DNA of 63,509 nucleotides, the filler included, from Mobula birostris (taxonomy: Eukaryota): NCBI RefSeq assembly GCF_030028105.1. It is 3 parts of 3 records of this genome, joined end to end, with 100 filler letters (N's around TTAATTAATTAA, not from the genome) between each part and the next. Parts side by side here need not be neighbours in the genome. Positions count along the whole stretch, not along the records: positions 18,781 to 39,801 come from NC_092370.1; 2 more parts are not named here. One strand, written 5' to 3'. Under the pieces are notes generated by a model that had not been told where the DNA came from, ran no database searches, and saw nothing but the letters and a program-made list of their open reading frames with translations. This document shows, in pieces, positions 24,250 to 35,565 of this stretch; the stretch's first letter is position 1; each line of letters opens with the position of its first letter. A program made the translations under genes and the position numbers.

Positions 24250-24990
24250 CCAGGTCGCGTTGGAAGGCGATCAGATCAATCCTACATTGGTGAGACCTGA
24301 TATACACTGGGAGACCACTTTGTTGAGCACCTTAGCTCCGTCTGCAAAAAGTGGAATTTCCCAGTGGCTAACCATTTCAGTTCTTATCCCCATTCCGGCA
24401 CGCCAGTTCATGACCTCTTCTGCCATGATAAGGCCACTCTCAGGGTGGAACAGCAACATCTCATGGACCCCCAACCTAATAATCCTGAAGAAGGGTCACA
24501 ACTCAAAATGTCAACTGTTTATTCATTTCCATAGACGCTGCCTGACCTGCTGAGTTCCATTAGCATTGTGTGCGTTGATGGCATTAACATGGATTTCTTC
24601 AACTTCTAGTATTTCCCCAATCCCCTTCCCTCTTCTTCATTTCCCCACTCTGGCCTCCAACCACTTCTCCTCAGCTATCTATCACCTCCCCCAGTGCCCC
24701 TCCTCCTTCCCTTTCTCCTATGATACCCTATCCTCTCCACTCAGATTTCCTCTCCTCCAGCACTTCAGCTTTTCTGCTTATCACCTCCCAACTTCTTACT
24801 TCACCCCCGCCCCCACCACCCCACCCCCGGTTCAGCGTTCACCTTCAGCTTGTCATCCTTTTTCTGGCATCTTCCCCCTTCCTTTCCAGTGCTGAAGAAG
24901 TGTCTCAGCCCAAAGCGGCTACTGTTTATTCACTTCCATTGATGCTGTCTGACCCACCTGAGTTCCTCTAGCATTTTGTGTGTGTTATTC
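24250..24990 (+). mobile_element. Penelope-like element remnant (GIY-YIG end + terminal repeats)
   Basis: 'YIGET*YTLGDHFVEHL..PVANHF' and two degenerate ctgaagaag..aa terminal motifs. Confidence 0.75.
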
Positions 24991-25457
24991 TTAATTCAAT
25001 CCTGTGTGGCTAGGATAAGAAGTGAATCTAGAGAAGAGTTCTTTATGTATTAACTGATATATATTATAATACTTACATTTAACATATTTTTTAAAAAAGC
25101 ATATCCTTCCCTCTTCTCCCCTTTCAGCATTAGGAAGGGATTGCTCCCTTTGTAGTTACCTGGTCTGTTCTCCCTTCCCCACCAACTCTGCCCTATTCAG
25201 TATCACTGTCCTATACAACCGTTGTAGATGTAATATCTGTCCTCTCACTTCTTTTCTCCCCAATAGCCATAGAACCAAACAATTAAAGTAAAACAGCGAT
25301 TCTCTTGCATTTCTGCCAAACAATTTGCTGGGTTCGGTGTTCACCATATGGTATTTTCTACAGAGAAGCCAAATGTAGCTTGGCTGACCGTTCAGATCCA
25401 TGATTTACTTGAGTTTGTAGTTTAAAGCTGCCTACAAAAGCAACTAGCTGTTAAGTA

Positions 25458-25578
25458 ATCTCTTACTAGATCTTCCTTCAGTTAGTCCTGACGAAGGGTC
25501 TCGGCCCGAAACGTCGACTATACCTCTTCCTAGAGATGCTGCCTGGCCTGCTGCGTTCACCAGCAACTTTGGTGCGTG
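25458..25578 (+). mobile_element. 121-bp Penelope-derived insertion with 13-bp TSD
   Basis: tagctgttaagta at 25445-25457 and 25579-25591. Confidence 0.8.
25483..25520 (+). ncRNA. Minimal type I hammerhead ribozyme motif
   Basis: TAGTC-CTGACGA-A-GGG tctcgg CCC-GAAAC-GTC^-GACTA: stem I 5 bp, stem II 3 bp, palindromic ACGT stem III. Confidence 0.65.
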
Positions 25579-25926
25579 TAGCTGTTAAGTACCCATACTA
25601 AAAACTCCAAATTAATGCCAAGTTTAACTTTCTGTACGTTAAATAATGGAAAAGGTTTACAAAAGTTCAACCAAACACCTGGCTCATGTAAAAGGACATT
25701 TGTTGCAACACCATGAGATACTGATGCTTGTACATAACGCTACATAACTACACGCTTTACTGTTATGAAAACTTTTCTGCGTAATTTACCTTACACAGTA
25801 TACATACTATTTGCCATTCTCTAAAATCTTCGATAACTTCACCCACTGGCGAAAATATACGGCGGAACAGATTTCCGCTTCAAATTTGCATTGAATGACC
25901 TAAAGTCAGAGACACTCGTCCTTTAC

Positions 25927-26085
25927 CTCGGTATCTTTTCCCCTTTCATCAGGGGAACTAGTTGAAATTGGACGGCAACAGCCATAATTCTGCGCTTCAG
26001 CTCTTTTTACATAAGCAGTCAGCAATAGTCTTCTCCAAAATGGGTTGCTAAAATATAAAACCAAAGCCCTATGTTCATGGCTCAT
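25927..26085 (-). CDS. COA8: COA8 probable coding exon 1 (mitochondrial presequence-like)
   Basis: ATG 26085, 53 codons MSHEHRALVLYFSNPFWRRLLLT..ERGKDTE|GTAAAG, phase 0 fits exon 2; weak sequence conservation. Confidence 0.65.
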
Positions 26086-26409
26086 CACTTTTCCAAATAT
26101 AAATTCCAATAAACCTCAAAACGCTCGACGCCAGTTATAATTTACGGCAGTAAGGCGACCAAACCATTTCCTGTCGTAAAGGAATGTGTTCCTGTCGTGC
26201 GACAGGACTCCTCAAGTGTCTTGCGGTGTCACTGGTGAGTGCTGAGTGTTATCCAGCTCCGTGGTGGGATTGCGTGGTCTAAGCTGTCTGCTTTCGGTGG
26301 AAGTGGAAGGGTTTTTTTAACTGTAGAATTTAATGGTAGTGGGAGTGGATCTGGATTAACCTGGGTCTGGGCTGTGTTATCTTGTCAGCCGGGCTGAGGA
26401 GTGAAACAG
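26086..26409. promoter_or_regulatory. Bidirectional COA8/BAG5 promoter and probable BAG5 non-coding exon 1
   Basis: CpG-rich island; CAG|GTAGCC donor after 26409; matches known head-to-head arrangement in human. Confidence 0.5.
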
Positions 26410-27256
26410 GTAGCCACTGCTCGGTCCTGACTCACCAGCAGACCGTGGCCTCGTCCACTCGTTATTTGTGATCTTTTTATACCCTAGTTCTGTTTAAACA
26501 CCTTTTAAACCCCATGAAAGTTACGGGCAGCGGATCCGCAACACCTGGTCTTGAGTCTGTGGATATTTCCTAGCGTAGAGCAGGCAAAATAATTGAACCA
26601 ATTTGGAGTAGAATACTTCGAAAAAACTCCTCCCAAGTAAAGCGTATTACAGCTATCTCAATCCACACTGACCTTGAATACTGCGTGACCGTCTGGTCTC
26701 GCGAACCAAGTTTATATTACATGGAGTGAATTGAATGTTCTGTTGTAATGTCTTGATCCTCTATAGCTCTCTTGGTTATAAAATTCCAAGGGTTCACTGC
26801 CCTTAAGATGAAGCGACGATTTCTTATCTCTATTCTGAATCCCTTGTTTGAGACTATGGGCCCTGATTCTAGAGACTGTAACCAGGGAAAACATAACTGG
26901 ATGTAGACTGATTCCTAGAATATGGGATTTTATATTTTGAGGAGAGATTTGAGGCTAGACCACAGCCAATGGCATGTACTGATGGGGAATGATGATGAGA
27001 GCATTTCTATATTGATTTCAGAATGGCAGGTGATGTTAGTGAAATGTAGAAATTTCTAATAGGAAGCAAAAGGAAGTCAGAAAAGAAAATAGAAAATGCT
27101 GGAAATATGCAACCTGTTTGCAACATCTGTGAAGAGAGCAATCAAGTTTACATTTAAGGTCATTGACTCCTTAACAGCACTCAAGACCTTCAATGACAGG
27201 TCTGTTTCTCTTTGCATAATTGCTGCTTGACAGTTTACTACGTTTTGCCAGCACTT

Positions 27257-27258
<2 letters not shown>

Positions 27259-27290
<32 letters not shown>
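27259..27290. repeat. (TG)n microsatellite
   Basis: Direct. Confidence 0.98.
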
Positions 27291-27295
<5 letters not shown>

Positions 27296-27889
27296 ATGTG
27301 TTTACTATTAACTGGGCTTGACAGTTTAGATGCAAGATTAATGTTTCTGCTGCTAGAGTGAGAAGTAACATTTGCATTATAAAAATTCATCTCCCAATAA
27401 GTGAGAGTATTTGATGGCATTTCCATTGCTGAGTCCCCTGTCATTAACGTGGGGGGTCACTAGTGATGAGAATTTCAACTGAACCAGCCATACTGTGGTG
27501 TAAGAACAGATCACAGGCTGGGTGTTCTGGGAGTGAAGTGCCTCCTGCTGTTGCTAAGCTTTTCCATTATTTACAAGGTACAAATGAACAGCTCAATTAA
27601 ATGCTGTCCATTATAGCCTGGATGTATGCAGCTCCAAGAACTGTTTAGAAGCTCAGTATCATCCAGAATAGAACAGCCTACATAATGTAACGTTAATCAC
27701 CAGATTAAATTTTTACTCTGAACACCCTTGATACACAATGGCTGCACTGTCCACCATTAAGAAATAACACTATTGTTATCTGCCTAGGCAGATGCAAGGG
27801 AACACCACCACCTGCTGGTTCCCCATCCATTTTACACCCTACTCTCATTTGGAAGTAGATTGCTGGCCAATCATTGGTACAAAGGACTC

Positions 27890-28355
27890 TGAGAACAGCT
27901 GAGAAGATCATGGGGGTCCCCCTACCATCCATCAGGGACAATTATTAGGAGCACTGTGTACGCAGGGCCCTTAGTATTATTAAGGATCCCACCCATCCAT
28001 TCAGCATCCTCTTTGATTTTCTACCATCAGGCAGGAGACTCTGATGCATAAAAACAAGAACAGTTAGAATGAGAAGCAGTTTCCTCCCCCAAGGCCATTA
28101 GGCTTCAGAATTCCCTGCCGCATCGTATTTGAAGTGCCACTGATTAATCAGTTCCATTTCTTACAATATTTAATATTAATGCACTTCAATTTGTTTTTAT
28201 GTGTGATTCATCTGTAGATTTTATCCTTACCTTCATAAATTATTGTGTGCTATGTGTGTTATGTGCTTTACACCCTGGTTCGAAAAAACGTCTCATTTCT
28301 GTATATGTTATATACTTGTATATAGTTACGTGATATTAAACTTGACTTGACGACT
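27890..28355 (+). mobile_element. Rex1/Babar-like LINE 3' remnant
   Basis: 'IKDPTHP..LFDFLPSGRRL' plus tail attaaacttgacttgac. Confidence 0.65.
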
Positions 28356-31037
28356 TGAAGCATAAGAGGCCCCGCCCGAACAGATTAGTAGCTTCACCAG
28401 AAAAGTGGCAGTGCTTCAAGGAATCACCTCGCTTATCAGGGATGGGCAATAACTACTGGTCTTTCTAAGAGTATTCATATTCTGAGAAATGAGAATAACT
28501 GAAAGAGGTGAAATATTGGGCATGTAAGAGGATGGCAGACAGGAAGGAGAAAATACTTGGGAAAACTGGTTGCTTGGCTTGGGAATATGGCAAAACAAAT
28601 GCAGTAAACTTCAGAAGCATCTTGCCTGCCATGTTCCAATAGGTGATCACGATTCAAACACAAAGCCCCACAATTCCTCAACTGGCAGGAACTACAGCAG
28701 CTATTGTCAGTTCTTTTCAGAAAAAGAAAACAGTGACTATTAACTTTCCTTGAGACAACATGAAATTCCGAACTTTTTAAATGTTCATTAAAATCAAGTG
28801 AATGTTAGCGAGGAGGGAAGATTTCAAAAATACTGTGCTGTTTACAGGTCTAGGTCAAAGTAAATTTATCAATATTTATGTCACAATATACTACATTGAG
28901 ATTCATTTTCTTGTCAGCATTTACAATAGAATAAAGGAAAAACTACACAAAGTCTGACCAATGTGCAAATATAATAATTATAATGGATAAAAAAAATACT
29001 GTACTGCAAAAATGAGTTGCAGAGTCCTTGAAAGTGATGCCATACAGTAGGCTGAGGAATAGTGTTGAGGTGAATGAAATTATCCGTGCTGGTTCAGTAG
29101 CCTGGTGGTTGAAGGGTAATAACTGTTTCTGAACCTGGTGGTGTGGGACCTATGGCTTCTCTACCTCCTTCATGATGCCAGCAATGAGAAGAGAGCACTG
29201 CTTGGATGGGTGGGGGCCTTCGATGATGGATGCTGCTTTCTTGTGGCAAGACTCCATGTAGATGCGTTCACACATTTCAATTTCCCTTCTACGTAGATAG
29301 AAATTTGATCATCAGGAACAAAAGAAAATGCATATTTCATTGTTGTGTCCAACAATCCAAGAGAGTGAGGAAATTAAGGCAATTTCATTGGATAAGCACA
29401 AAAATAAATTCATTTGTCAGAGAGTATTTCCCTTTTTTTCAGAATATAGTAACAGGAACAAGAAAGCCTACCATTTTCAATTTGGTCAAAGTTCTTAATA
29501 AAACTCAGTAGAGAAATAGTAATCAAAACCTCCAATTGATTTATCATCTGGTTATTTTTGGCTGGACTTGGAATAATACATACATACAGATTAGTTTCTT
29601 TCCCTCAAAAGAGAAAAATGAAAATTTCACTGATTTGTCTGTCAGGCTTTGTAATTCTTTGCATTGACATTGAAACTATTTCCTATTTGTCCTTTTGATT
29701 CGAATGAAGGAAAACCCTTAATTAGAAAAGAGAAATTTAAAGGAAGTACTAAAACAAATGACACCATTTTTAACTTGTCATTTACAGGGTTTTTGTTTTA
29801 TTATGACTTCATCAGTGAAACAATTGGTCTTATGATATCAAAATTGCTTAGCAACATGAACTATCTACTGTTACATTTCATTTGCACACATTACATCAAT
29901 TTTTGTTAGAATTCAATGCATCTTCACTCATGAATAAATCTTTTTATTAGGGCTTGCTTAAAGTTGCCCTTGTTTTGACATTACAAGTCTGTAAGTCTGA
30001 GCATTCTTATATAGACTTTCCTGCATCCTTTTTTGTGTATGAGGTGCTGTAAATTCTGAATCTAAATAAGTAAATGTATCATGACTAGTGTCATGTAGCA
30101 TTGCTAATATGATACTCAGCAATACAGGACAAGATTGTCCCAGTTTTTAAATCCCACGTGATTAATTTCACCTGGTAACGTGATTGAGGCTGTCCTAATT
30201 AGCTTCATTGCCATTGATTTAGCTACCAGAAAAATCAAATACTGTATTGTCTATTACAATTCTTTTTTTCAAATGTCTGCTACAATTCTGTATTAGGCGT
30301 TTCTGTTGGAGAGTAGAGAGAGAAGGGTGATATTTAGGAAAATAAAAGACATTTCTAAGTAGGTTGACAGTACTGAAAGTTAATGGCCCAGAATTTACTA
30401 TCAACAATGAGCTATATAAGCGAATCTACAACACAACAGAGCTTTTAAATTTAATCCACATCCCAGGGCATAAGTAGCTGTTAGAACTTTAAATTTTCTG
30501 ATTTTAAAAAATAATAATTCAGTATTAATTTGTTATTATTAAAAATTCTTAAATGTAAAGAGAAAAACTGTTAAGAGATTAAATGGAAACAATTAAAAAT
30601 ACTAATGTTTAATTCCTTGTGGCTATTCCTTTCCATCGAAATCAACAGAGAAGGTTTTCCCTTCATCAGATTCAACTTGGCAGAGTTTGTACAGAAACGA
30701 CACAGTAAGTGGTTGGAAGTGCTTTCACCTTCATGTTTCTTTGCCGAACTCTGAGGAATTCAAAAACACAAAAGATGTTACAAGGGAAAACAACTATTAA
30801 CAACTCCCTGCAACTGGGGTACTTCTGCATTTGTACTAAGTTGCTGTCAGTTATTTGAGGGATTTTTGCAGGTCTACTGACAGGTCCCTACAAAGTCTTG
30901 GCCAACTGAGAATATAAATACCTGTACATAACAAGTAAAAGCTGTAGGTCATTACCGTGAGGAATCAAAGGGATCAATGAGGAATATGTTGTGTATTCAT
31001 AGAAATAGAAGGAGGACCAGGCATGTCCTCTCATCAA

Positions 31038-31345
31038 GAGATGAGTTATTAACTTCAAACTTTATGCATAATCACTCAAAGAGTTGAATTGCATGTGCAC
31101 GTAACGAGAGCTGTATAACTCATCTCCTTCTACCTTAGGCCACAAATTTATTAATCACCCCTGCTGTGGACCACTTTTTTGGAGGTCCAAGATGCCAACT
31201 TCTACAAAGAAGGAATCTGTATGCTCCACGACTGCTGGACTAAGTGTGTAAATGTAGGAGGGGACTACGTTGAAAAATAAATGTGCTAGATTTTCTAAAA
31301 TTGACTCCTTCTACCTTAGGCCACAAACTTATCAATCACCCCTCG
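31038..31345 (+). mobile_element. Non-autonomous Mariner remnant
   Basis: 'FYKEGICMLHDCWTKCVNVGGDYVEK*' transposase end; right TIR ...aatcacccctcg|TA; internal copy of the TIR sequence near 31125-31160. Confidence 0.75.
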
Positions 31346-31644
31346 TATGTCAATTTCAGCATCATTTATGTGAGTTTTTTTTTTTACAACCCTTCTCAGT
31401 GTCCTTTTAATTTGTGGATACCGTAGTTATGCGCAATAGTTCAATGTATCATCAAACTAATGTTATGCACAAATTTAACATGTAGTTTTTGAAATAGAAC
31501 TTTGAAACTAGAAAAGCAAGTTATTGACTCAGAACAGCCTCAATCTGCCTGTTGCTGGCATTTAGTAGTTTATTAGCAGTCACAAGTGCTTGACTAGTAG
31601 AGAGTAGTTATGTGCAAGTGTCAAGGTCATTAATTTTATTTATT

Positions 31645-31900
31645 TATTTGGAGGGTGCAGCACAGGCTCTTTGGATCAACAAGCCGTACCACCCAGCAAC
31701 CCTAGTGTAATCATAGGACAATTTATAATGACCAATTAATCTACTAACTGATACATTTTTGGACTGTGGGAGAAAACCCGGGCGTTCTAGGGGAGGAACG
31801 TACAAACTCTTAACAGAAGACACCAGAATTGAACTCAGAACTCTGATGCCCTGAGCTGTAAAAGCATCGTGCTTACCACTGTGCAACCATGGTGCCTCCT
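31645..31900 (-). mobile_element. V-SINE/HE1-like SINE
   Basis: tRNA-like head at 31900 end, ggactgtgggag core, (aaat)n tail. Confidence 0.6.
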
Positions 31901-32266
31901 TCTGTTTAAACTTGTCTAAACTTAAGGTTAATAGTATTTTAATGCAAGCAATACTTCAGTTTTTATTAAAGTTCTTATGTTTGTGAAGCATAATATCCAA
32001 GCAGATTAAGCTGATTAATAACAATGAAAGCCTTACAGTTTCATTTTCATCTATGTATTACATTGAGGCGGATTTTGCAGTTAGTCGCAAGCTCACTACA
32101 GAGCTTGGTTTCAACTGGTATAAAATGCCAACCTTGCTAACATTTAACAATATTTATTATTGCCTCTAGAATTAAAGTTGCAATATGCTGCCAAGAAGTG
32201 ACATGCTGACCAGCATATTTTCATTCAATTTTTAAATTACTGTGATTCATTAAGGAAAAAGAAAAT

Positions 32267-33613
32267 ATGGACATGGGTCAACAACATCCATCTTTGATTA
32301 AGGTTCAAGAAATTCAGAAGGAACTACAAGAAGCTAAACAACTTGTATTATCATTCAGTGGTACGCAGGCTGATAAAGAATATAAGCAGTTGGAGAGCTT
32401 GTTGACCAAGTTGCTATTTGAGTTAGATGCAGTAGATACAGACAGCAAGTCAGAAATTCAGAATGGTCGCAAAAATGCCATAAAAATTGTGGAGGAGCTA
32501 TTGAAAGAGCTGGAGCAAGCTGCAACTCACCCATCACGTCTAAGAGTGGAAAGTATCTTTGGTGATGCACAGCGGCTGGTTACCAGGGAATTATCTTCTG
32601 CTGGGGGCTTGATAACTGAAGAGTTTGCTGATCAAATCCAAGAAATAATTTTTCAGCTGACGCAAGTAAAAACAGGAGGGAAAATTGGTTTGAGGAAAGC
32701 CAGATATCGAGCACTAACAAGAATTTGTGCTGTCCAGGATATCATTGAAAACTGCATTGGTCAGCAAGCATTAAGTTTACCTCTATCCACAAATACACAT
32801 ACTTCTGTTTCTAAAATCAATTCTGTTTTATTTGAAGTTAGCAAAGCAAGATGTGATGTAATTGGCCTGTTAATGAGCCTAAATGCCATGGAAAATTGTG
32901 CACACCTATCCCGAGTCCTCACTGGATTATTAATGCAATTGGATGCAATAGATGTGGCTGGACACTCGGAAGTAAGAAACTACAGGAAACGTGTGGTGCA
33001 TGAGATCAATTGCTTACTGGGACATTTGGAGATGGAATCCGAGGGAGAGTCTTCAGGACGTTATGACTTAACCCAGAATCAGTCTATCAAACGTATCGAA
33101 GAAATACGTCTGAAGACAACACAATTAAAACATCAGCTCTTGCGACAGGACCATGCTTCTGATTTGCATTTCAAGCCACATACTGAACTGCAAAGTCTTC
33201 TCTCAGAATTGGATCAAGTAGACATTAACAAAAATCCATGTATCCGTGAAGCTAGGAGAAGATCTGTAGTTGACGTGCAGGCTGTGATCGCTTATCTTGA
33301 CCTGAAGGAGATTCTTGAAAAGAGAGATAACATGAAGGAAGAGCTGAAAGATGAACATCCGTCACAGAAAGCTATATGGGGGGTCCTAAGTCACTTGTCC
33401 GAATTTCAGAGGCAAGTCCTGTCTTTTGATGGAGCGAGAACTGACAAGAATTATGTGAGACTGGAAGAAATGCTCACAAAACAACTTCTAGCACTTGATG
33501 CTGTGGAAACCCAAGGGAATGATGGTGCTAAGGCTGACAGAAAACAAGCAGTGAAGTTTGCACAGAATATTCTTAATTACCTAGACATGAAAACAGATGA
33601 GTGGGAATATTAA
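32267..33613 (+). CDS. BAG5: BAG family molecular chaperone regulator 5, complete single-exon CDS (448 aa)
   Basis: MDMGQQHP.., KTGGKIGLRKARY, NPCIREARRR, MKTDEWEY* match recalled BAG5; repeated BAG domains. Confidence 0.98.
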   Translation: MDMGQQHPSLIKVQEIQKELQEAKQLVLSFSGTQADKEYKQLESLLTKLLFELDAVDTDSKSEIQNGRKNAIKIVEELLKELEQAATHPSRLRVESIFGDAQRLVTRELSSAGGLITEEFADQIQEIIFQLTQVKTGGKIGLRKARYRALTRICAVQDIIENCIGQQALSLPLSTNTHTSVSKINSVLFEVSKARCDVIGLLMSLNAMENCAHLSRVLTGLLMQLDAIDVAGHSEVRNYRKRVVHEINCLLGHLEMESEGESSGRYDLTQNQSIKRIEEIRLKTTQLKHQLLRQDHASDLHFKPHTELQSLLSELDQVDINKNPCIREARRRSVVDVQAVIAYLDLKEILEKRDNMKEELKDEHPSQKAIWGVLSHLSEFQRQVLSFDGARTDKNYVRLEEMLTKQLLALDAVETQGNDGAKADRKQAVKFAQNILNYLDMKTDEWEY

Positions 33614-34850
33614 ATTGTAGTTCTAGATGGGGAGTGTAGCTTTTGTGCCTTCCTTTGCACTATTTTTAATTGTTCAGGTTATCTTGACAGTTTCATGCAG
33701 ATTAAACTCTCATCTCATATTATCATCATTTCATAATAGTGGACTTCAAAAAAGGCAAACTTTTGCACTTTGAGTGCAATAAGTGAACACTGTGAGAGTG
33801 TTTTGGGTGTTTCATTAAGATATCATTGAGAGCACCTTAAATGTCATTTAATAATACTCAGTAAAATTAGATTTAGATTACAGAAGAGAATCTGAAGACG
33901 TGTGTTGCTCTAGATTTCAATAAATTTTAAATATAATGTTTCATATTTTACCAAAAAATGTATATATTGATGGGATATTTAAACTGGAATTAAGGAAAAC
34001 ATTAACACCACCATCTTGCTACTCCATAGAGTTACATAGAACTGTACAGCACAGGAACCTTTCTTTCAGCCCATGGTGTCTGGGCCAATCATGATACCAA
34101 ACAAAACATCCTATCTGCTCGTACATGATTCCATATCTTTCCATTCCTTTTGTGTTTGTGTGTCCATCTAAATGCCTTATAAATGCCACTACCATGTCTG
34201 CTTCCACCATACTCCTGGCATTTTCCAGGCACTAAGGACTCAATGCTGAAAAAAAACTTGCCCAATGTACTGTATCTCCCTTAAATGTCTCTCCTCTCGT
34301 CTTAAAGCTATGCTATCTAGTATTTGATATTTCTACCTTGGGAAATAGACTCTATCTGTCTCTCGTAGTTTATAAATTGTCAAGACTCCCCCCCCCCACC
34401 CCCAGCCTCCGACCCTGTAGGGAAAACAATCAGAGTCTTTCTAACCTCTCATTTAGTGTGGGAATCTTATGAAGCTTGAGGGAAGTTATTCTGGGCACTC
34501 GTGGCTACAATAGTTTGTACTAAAATGGTAACACAAGCAGATACATGAACCAAAAACTATATTTAATATACACTAGCCATCACATTTATATCTGATGCCT
34601 CAGGGATGAGAACCCTTTTGAGAGAGATGACATTCATTTAATAAGAGAACGTAAGTATAATATTTCATACTAAATCATTTTAACTCTGTCTTACATTATG
34701 TATAATAATCGTTATCACCATCTTGAGGGAATCAGAATTCTGACGAGCATGGATATAACAGATGGTGGGGAAATTTTCCCCTTAGAAGAGTGTGTAAAAA
34801 CTAGAGGATACAGTTCAGGGTAAAGGGTAAGAGATTTAGAGGGGATCTAA

Positions 34851-35565
34851 AGGCTGATTTATACCTGTGCATCAAGCGTACCTTACACTGTACCCTACAC
34901 CGAACCCTACGCCATAGCCTAATGCGCACCTCTCCCGAAATGTTAACTACGCATCGCGGCGACGCAGCCCAAAACAATTGTGATTGGTCCACTTGGTAGC
35001 ATCGCATTTCCTCCTACGCTGCAATAGCTTCCCTTTGGGCAACTGAAGGGCAGGGAAGGAACTCTGGCTGCAATGCTTTCCATAAAGCTTTACAGACCTC
35101 TGAAATTACGGAGGACCCTGTGCTTGACACCAGTCTGTAGCTAGCTGCTACAGCCTGTTGACTTCCACCTGAAGCTAAAACTCGAATGGTGATTGCCAGT
35201 CTCTGAGTATACTGTGTGTACACTGATGCAATATTAATGATTGGAGACGATGAACCAAATTGTCAAATCTACTTGCCGACATCCAAAAATATTTGAAATG
35301 CATTTCCTCGTCCATGTCTCTCAGTGGCTGGACAAGCACAGAAAATTCATCCTCCTTCAGTTTCAGTCACCATTGTTTGAAGTTTGAGTTTCAACACGAA
35401 GAAGCTCAACACAGTGGCATAGAAATCCCACCGCCAACTAGCGTTTTGGTGGTGAATTGCAGAGTGACGCAGGCACACCAACGCACAAGTATAAATGCTC
35501 ACAACGCCGTAGCCCACTTGCGTAGGCTATGGCGTAAGCTAGAACGCACAAGTATAAATCAGCCT
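34851..35565 (-). mobile_element. PIF/Harbinger internally deleted transposon inside a CR1 remnant
   Basis: TIRs aggctgatttatac/gtataaatcagcct; flanks TAA/TCA; '[24 protein letters not shown]' transposase fragment. Confidence 0.82.
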
